DNA of 64,000 nucleotides from the human T2T-CHM13v2.0 reference genome, Homo sapiens: assembly GCF_009914755.1 (NCBI RefSeq), contig NC_060933.1; one strand, written 5' to 3'. Position 1 is the first letter of the stretch; the number at the start of each line of letters is the position of its first letter. The position numbers were made by a program, and so were the translations under genes. Shown here piece by piece: positions 54,045-64,000 of this stretch. The notes below the pieces were generated by a model. The model made no database searches. It was not told the DNA's origin and saw nothing but the letters and a program-made list of their open reading frames with translations.

Positions 54045-54575
54045 CTGGTAGCTACTGTTCTCAGCAGCCACCAGAGGCCAGATAGAAGAGCTGCCACACG
54101 GGATTCACCTGTAAGGGTTCTTCCACATGGCCTTGCATTCGGGCTTCAGACTGAAAACTTTAGTGATAAAACCACAATGTGAAAGCTCAAGAGTGTTTAG
54201 TATTTACAGATCGTGGGAGATACAAGTCACGCCCAGAGGCCACACAGGGAGGTCAGGAATTACGTGGAAGAGAGAAGACATGTGAAAACTAGCAGTATGC
54301 ATTGGAGAATAGGATGTAGGTCAGTTTAAGTTTATGGGCGAACGCCTATAAGGAACCTTTAAAGGAAGCAACAGAAAAGCAGGGAGTCTGCTAGGCAGAA
54401 GTCTGCTAGGCAGAAGAGATGCCTAAGTTTTTATCTCTGACCACCAGTTTGAAACATTTGGGTCTGGTGTAAAACTGGAAATTGTGTCAAGGGTGACTAA
54501 GCCTTGACATGAGCAGGCTAAACCTATATTCAAAGTGGATGCTGATGCAACATGAAATTATTAGCATCCACTTCA
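54045..54575 (-). mobile_element. ERVL-type solo LTR (MER54/MER74/MER88/LTR53 group)
   Basis: CAGAGGCCACACAGGGAGGTCAGG and TGTGTCAAGGGTGACTAAGCC motifs; left boundary approximate. Confidence 0.55.
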
Positions 54576-55751
54576 GTTGGTCCATAAAACTACATGTTTA
54601 ATTGTTGCAAATAATAATCAGAACTGTTATGCATATTTATAGGCTACAACGTACATTCACAAACACAACCTCCTTTGCTTCTTACAAAAATTTTAATACA
54701 ATAACTGTTGTCCCAATTACATCAGTTAAAATCATTGAATTTGTGTGTCCAGTTATTTTAGTTCAAAATAAAAGACTATTTCTAGTTTATTATTGTTCTA
54801 GGTCAACCCTTCTTAACTTCAGAATGAGTGTACATGAATACCTTCTACGTCTACATACTTTAGTTCAGAAAAAATTCTAAATACACAAATGTTTATGTAA
54901 TAATTCACTCGTTTATGTACTATTTATAATAATAAAAATTAAAACATCTTAATACAAGAATGACAAATGGATATATAATATGTTGACTTAAACTAATGTC
55001 TACAAAAGTTGTAAAGCATAATATAAATTTCATGAATGTAATAATGAGAGAACTAAGTAGGAAGCCACATTTGTGTAAATATGTGTAATTAATTTACTTA
55101 AAGTAGCCAAAGAAAAAAGTATAGCAGAGAGTATAACATAATGTTAAAACAATTTGTCTCTTAGTAGTGAGATTATAGGTAATCTAAATATATATCCTCA
55201 TAGTTTTGAATTGTTAAATTTTCTTTTATTTTTAATTTAAATGCATAGTTTAATGCTATTTTATATTTTATTTTCCCAGATTTATTTAGATATAAGTGGA
55301 CAAATAATAACTGTGTATATTTAAGGTATACAATATGATGTTCTGATATACATTGTGAAATGATTACCACTATCAAGCTAATTATGACACTCATCATCTC
55401 ACTTTTTCTTTTTGGTATTTAGAATACTTAAGATCTATTCTGTTAGTAAATTTCAAGTAGATAATATATTATTATTATTATCTGTAGTCACCATGCTATA
55501 TACTAGGTACCAAGAACTTACTCATATTGTAACATAAAGTTTGCACCCTTTAATAAAAATCTTTCCATTTCTCTCATCCCTTAAGTCCTGATAACCACAT
55601 TTATACTTTCTGTGAGTTTGAATATTTTAATTCTACATATCAACAGATCTTGCAGTATTTGTCTTTCTGTGTTTGCTTATTTCAGTTAGTGTAATGTCCT
55701 CCAAATTCACTCAAGTGTTCACAAATGGCAAAATTTCCTTTTTTTTTTTTT

Positions 55752-55805
55752 AAGTGAGTAAAAACTTTATTACTTGATGTTCAGAAGCCCACCCTGATCA
55801 AAATA
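55752..55805 (-). other. L1 3' transduction (non-L1 tag with its own AATAAA and second poly(A))
   Basis: Lies inside the TSD between two T-tracts; TTTATT at 55766-55771 is 14 nt from the outer tail. Confidence 0.88.
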
Positions 55806-56020
55806 TTTTTTTTTTATTATACTTTAAGTTTTAGGGTACATGTGCACATTGTGCAGGTTAGTTACATATGTATACATGTGCCATGCTGGTGTGCTGCACC
55901 CACTAACTCGTCACCTAGCATTAGGTATATCTCCCGATGCTATCCCTCCCCCCTCCCCCCACCCCACAACAGTCCCCAGAGTGTGATATTCCCCTTCCTG
56001 TGTCCATGTGATCTCATTGT

Positions 56021-59863
<3,843 letters not shown>

Positions 59864-59911
59864 TTATTTTGCTCGTTAGTTGATCCAGTTTCTTCCTTGT
59901 CTTGATGGTCT

Positions 59912-60928
59912 TTACATTTTGGCATGATTTTGCAGCGGCTGGTACCGGTTGTTCCTTTCTATGTTTAGTGCTTCCTTCAGGAGCTCTTGTAAGGCAGGCC
60001 TGGTGGTGACAAAATCTCTCAGCATTTGCTTTTCTGCAAAGTATTTTATTTCTCCTTCACTTATGAAGCTTAGTTTGTCTGGATATGAAATTCTGGGTTG
60101 AAAATTCTTTTCTTTAAGAATGTTGAATATTGGCCCCCACTCTCTTCTGGCTTGTAGGGTTTCTGCCGAGAGATCTGCTGTTAGTCTGATAGGTTTCCCT
60201 TTGAGGGTAACCCGACCTTTCTCTCTGGCTGCCCTTAACATTTTTTCCTTCATTTCAACTTTGGTGAATCTGACAATTATGTGTCTTGGAGTTGCTCTTC
60301 TCGAGGAGTATCTTTGTGGCATTCTCTGTATTTCCTGAATCTGAACCTTGGCCTGCCTTGCTATGTTGGGGAAGTTCCCCTGGATAATATCCTGCAGAGT
60401 GTTTTCCAACTTGGTTCCATTCTCCCCATCACTTTCAGGTACACCAATCAGACGTAGATTTGGTCTTTTCACATAGTCCCATATTTCTTGGAGGCTTTGC
60501 TCATTTCTTTTTATTCTTTTTTCTCTAAACTTCCCTTCTCGCTTCATTTCATTCATTTCATCTTCCATCGCTGATACCCTTTCTTCCAGTTGATCGCATC
60601 AGCTCCTGAGGCTTCTGCATTCTTCACGTAGTTCTCGAGCCTTGGTTTTCAGCTCCATCAGCTCCTTTAAGCACTTCTCTGTATTGGTTATTCTAGTTAT
60701 ACATTCTTCTAAATTTTTTTCAAAGTTTTCAACTTCTTTGCCTTTGGTTTGAATGTCCTCCCGTAGCTCAGAGTAATTTGATTGTCTGAAGCCATCTTCT
60801 CTCAGCTCATCAAAGTCATTCTCCTTCAAGCTTTGTTCTGTTGCTGGTGAGGAACTGTGTTCCTTTGGAGGAGGAGAGGCCCTCTGCTTTTTAGAGTTTC
60901 CAGTTTTTCTGTTCTGTTTTTTCCCCAT
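59912..60928 (-). pseudogene. ORF1: LINE-1 ORF1, 1017 nt in one frame with one premature stop (codon 110)
   Basis: ORFs 60599-60928 and 59912-60568 are in frame; MGKKQNRK start, LQNHAKM end. Confidence 0.95.
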
Positions 60929-61834
60929 CTTTGTGGTTTTATCTACTTTTGGTCTTTGATGATGGTGATGTACAGATGGGTTTTTGGTGTGGATGTCCTT
61001 TCTGTTTGTTAGTTTTCCTTCTAACAGAGAGGACCCTCAGCTGCAGGTCTGTTGGAATACCCTGCCGTGTGAGGTGTCAGTGTGCCCCTGCTGGGGGGTG
61101 CCTCCCAGTTAGGCTGCTCGGGGGTCAGGGGTCAGGGACCCACTTGAGGAGGCAGTCTGCCCGTTCTCACATTTCCAGCTGCGTGCTGGGAGAACCACTG
61201 CTCTCTTCAAAGCTGTCAGACAGGGATATTTAAGTCTGCAGAGGTTACTGCTGTCTTTTTGTTTGTCTGTGCACTGCCCCCAGAGGTGGAGCCTACAGTG
61301 GCAGGCAGGCCTTGAGCTGTGGTGGGCTCCACCCAGTTAGAGCTTCCGGGCTGCTTTTTTACCTAATCAAGCCTGGGCAATGGCGGGCGCCCCTCCCCCA
61401 GCCTTGCTGCCGCCTTGCAGTTTGATCTCAGACTGCTGTGCTAGCAATCAACGAGACTCCGTGGGCATAGGACCCTCCGAGCCAGGTACGAGTTATAATC
61501 TTGTGGTGCGCCGTTTCTTAAGCCCATCAGAAAAGCGCAGTATTCGGGTGGGAGTGACCCGATTTTTCAGGTGCCTTCTGTCACCCCTTTCTTTGACTCA
61601 GAGAGGGAACTCCCTGACCCCTTGCGCTTCCCAAGTGAGGCAATGCCTCGCCCTGCTTCGGCTTGTGCACGGTGCACACACCCACTGACCTGCGCCCACT
61701 GTTTCGGCACTCCCTAGTGAGATGAACCCGGTACCTCAGATGGAAATGCAGAAATCACCCGTCTTCTGCGTCACTCACGCTGGGAGCTGTAGACCGGAGC
61801 TGTTCCTATTCGGCCATCTTGGCTCCAGTACTCC
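60929..61834 (-). promoter_or_regulatory. L1 5' UTR internal sense promoter and antisense promoter; intact YY1 site
   Basis: CAAGATGGCCG on minus at 61811-61821; CpG-rich relative to the window. Confidence 0.8.
61380..61688 (+). CDS. ORF0: L1 antisense ORF0, open for 102 aa
   Basis: MAGAPPPALLPPCSLISDCCASNQRDSVG matches the ORF0 N-terminus; expression unverified. Confidence 0.65.
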   Translation: MAGAPPPALLPPCSLISDCCASNQRDSVGIGPSEPGTSYNLVVRRFLSPSEKRSIRVGVTRFFRCLLSPLSLTQRGNSLTPCASQVRQCLALLRLVHGAHTH

Positions 61835-63199
61835 CAAAATTTCCTTTTTTAAGGCTGAATAATATTCCATCGCATTTTTCTATATCCATTCATCTGTCAA
61901 TGGACACTTTGGTTATTTCTGTATCTCAGCTATGGTGAATAGTGCTGCAATGAACATGGGATTGCAGGTATCTCTTCAATAAACTGATTTCATTTCCTTT
62001 GGATAAATACCCATAAAGTGGAATTGCTGGGTCATATGGTGGTTCTATTTTTAATTTTTTGAGAAAGCTCCATATCATTTTCTGTAATGGCTCTATTGAT
62101 TTATATTCCCACCAATAGTGCACAATTCTCTTTTCTCCACATACTTGTCAACACTTGTTATTTTTCATCTTTTTCATCGTAGCCATCTTCACAGGTGTGA
62201 GATGATACCTCATTGTGGTTTTAATTGCATTTTTCTGATTATTGGTGATATTGAGGAGCCTCCCATGTCTCTGTTGGTCATTTGTATGTCTTCTTTGGAA
62301 AAATGTCTATTCAGGTCTTTTGCCCTTTTTTTTTTTTTTTTAAATCAAGTTATTTGCTTTTTGGCTCTTGACTTATATGAATTTCTTATTTATTTTGGAT
62401 ATTAGTTCCTTGCCAGTTATATAGTTGGGAAATATTTTCTTCCATTCTGTGAGTTGTCTTTTCATTTTATTATTTGTTTCCTTTGTTGTGCAGAAATGTT
62501 TTAGTTTGATGTAGTCTCAGTTGTTTATTTTTTATTTTTCCCTGTGCTTTTGATGACATATCCATGAAATAATTTCCAAGATTTATGTCATGAAGATTTT
62601 CTTCTATGTTTTCTTCTAGAAGTTTTATAGTTTCAGGCCTCACGTTTAAACCTTTAATTCTTTAATTCATTTTAAGTTGCCTTTTTTTGGTATAGTGTGA
62701 GATAAAGATCTAATTTATCCTTTTTTTCTTTTCTTTCTTTCTTTTTCTTTTTTCTTTTTTTTTTCTTTTTGTTGAGTGCGGATATCCAGTTTTCCAAAAA
62801 CCATTTAAGGAAGATACTATCTTTTATCCATTGTGTATTCTTGGTGCCTTTCTTGAAAATTAGTTGACTCTATATGTGTAGGTTTATCTTAAGACTTTGT
62901 ATCCTGTTCCATTAGTCTATGTGTTTTTATGTCAGTGTCATAATGTTTTGATTACTATATCTTCATAATATAATTTTAAATCAGTACATGTAATGCTTTC
63001 AGCTTTGTTTGTTCTTCTTAGGATTGTTTCAGCTATTTGGAGTCTTTTATAGTTCCATATACATTTCAGAATTTTTTCTATTTCTTGAAAATTTCCATTG
63101 GGATTTTGATAGGGATTGCAACAAATTTGTAGATTACTTTGGTTAGTATTGCTATTTTGACAATATTAATTCTTCCAATCCATGAATGGGATATTGTTC

Positions 63200-63270
63200 T
63201 CTTTTTTTTTTAGGTCAGGGTTTTGCTGTCTCACACATGCACTCCGGCTGGAGTGCAGTTCAGCAATCAT
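63200..63270 (-). mobile_element. Short AluJ 3' fragment
   Basis: poly(T), CAGGGTTTTGCT...GGCTGGAGTGCAGT..GCAATCATA. Confidence 0.7.
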
Positions 63271-63397
63271 ATTTTTCTATTTATTTGTGTCTTCCTTAAT
63301 TTCTTTCACTACTGTTTTCTAGTTTTCAGTGAACAGATCTTTCACCTCCTTGGTCAAGCTTACTCCTAAGTACTTCAGTTTTTAAAATGCTATTGTA

Positions 63398-63685
63398 GAG
63401 CTGCACATGGTGCCTTGTTTCTATAATTCCATCTACTAGGGAGGCTGAGACTGGAGGATTGCTTGAGGACAGGAGTTTGAGACCAGTCAGAGTAATGTAG
63501 TAAGACTCTATCTCGAAAAATATATATTTTTTAAATTAGCAGGGTATGGTTGCCCATGCCTGTAATCCCAGCTGTTTGGAAGACTAGGTGGGAGGATCTC
63601 TTAAGCCCAGGAGATGGAGGCTGCAGTGAGCTATGATTGTGCCTCTGTGCTCCAGCCTGGTCAACAGTACTAGACCCATCTCTAA
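63398..63685 (+). mobile_element. AluJ (Jr/Jo-like)
   Basis: Diverged dimer with GGAGGATTGCTTGAGG and GAGGCTGCAGTGAGCTATGATT. Confidence 0.88.
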
Positions 63686-64000
63686 TTTATATATATATCT
63701 TAATTTTTGATTTTTTAGTGCATAGAAAAGGAACTGATTTTTGTAAAATTAACGAATTGACTTTTGAAGTTTGATTCTGTATCCTGAAAATTTACTGAAT
63801 TTCTTTAATGGTTTTAACAATTTTTGGTAGCGTATTTAAGGTTTTATATACACATAAGATCATGTTATCTGGAAACACCGTTTAACTTCAACCTTTCTGA
63901 TTTGGATGACTTTTTTTTTTTTCTCATACCTAATTGCACTGACTACGATTTACAATACTATACTGAGTAGAAGTGGTGACAGTGGGCATCCCTTTCTTTT

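Noticed and set aside
54062-54082. CTCF-like motif GCAGCCACCAGAGGCCAG
   Set aside because: Lacks one G of the core (AGAGGGC); cannot be supported without PWM scoring or ChIP data
55944-55965. G-quadruplex-forming tract on the minus strand
   Set aside because: Standard feature of young L1 3' UTRs, not locus-specific

Overview
AT-rich primate (hominoid, human-like) genomic DNA with no recognisable host protein-coding exon, RNA gene or CRISPR array. It is a retroelement-dense intergenic or intronic block: layered LINE-1 copies from old L1M to young L1PA2, MaLR/ERVL/ERV1 LTR elements, Alus, MIR/L2/CR1 relics and hAT MITEs. All long ORFs are L1-derived; the short ORFs are chance frames or repeat-derived. 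Main structures: (1) a full-length, frameshift-free L1PA2-type element (55806-61834, minus) with only three nonsense codons, a 16-bp TSD and a ~54-bp 3' transduction carrying its own AATAAA. (2) A nested L1 complex (34008-43020). In it, a near full-length L1PA5-type element is inverted exactly in the inter-ORF spacer, so its antisense promoter/ORF0 faces ORF2, and it carries a second, younger 3' end. (3) Several short locally templated insertions and fold-back inversions that resemble template-switch or polymerase-theta repair scars, including a 27-bp piece apparently copied from a neighbouring MaLR element before an Alu split it. Subfamily names come from recalled consensus features, not a database search, and should be confirmed with RepeatMasker/Dfam.
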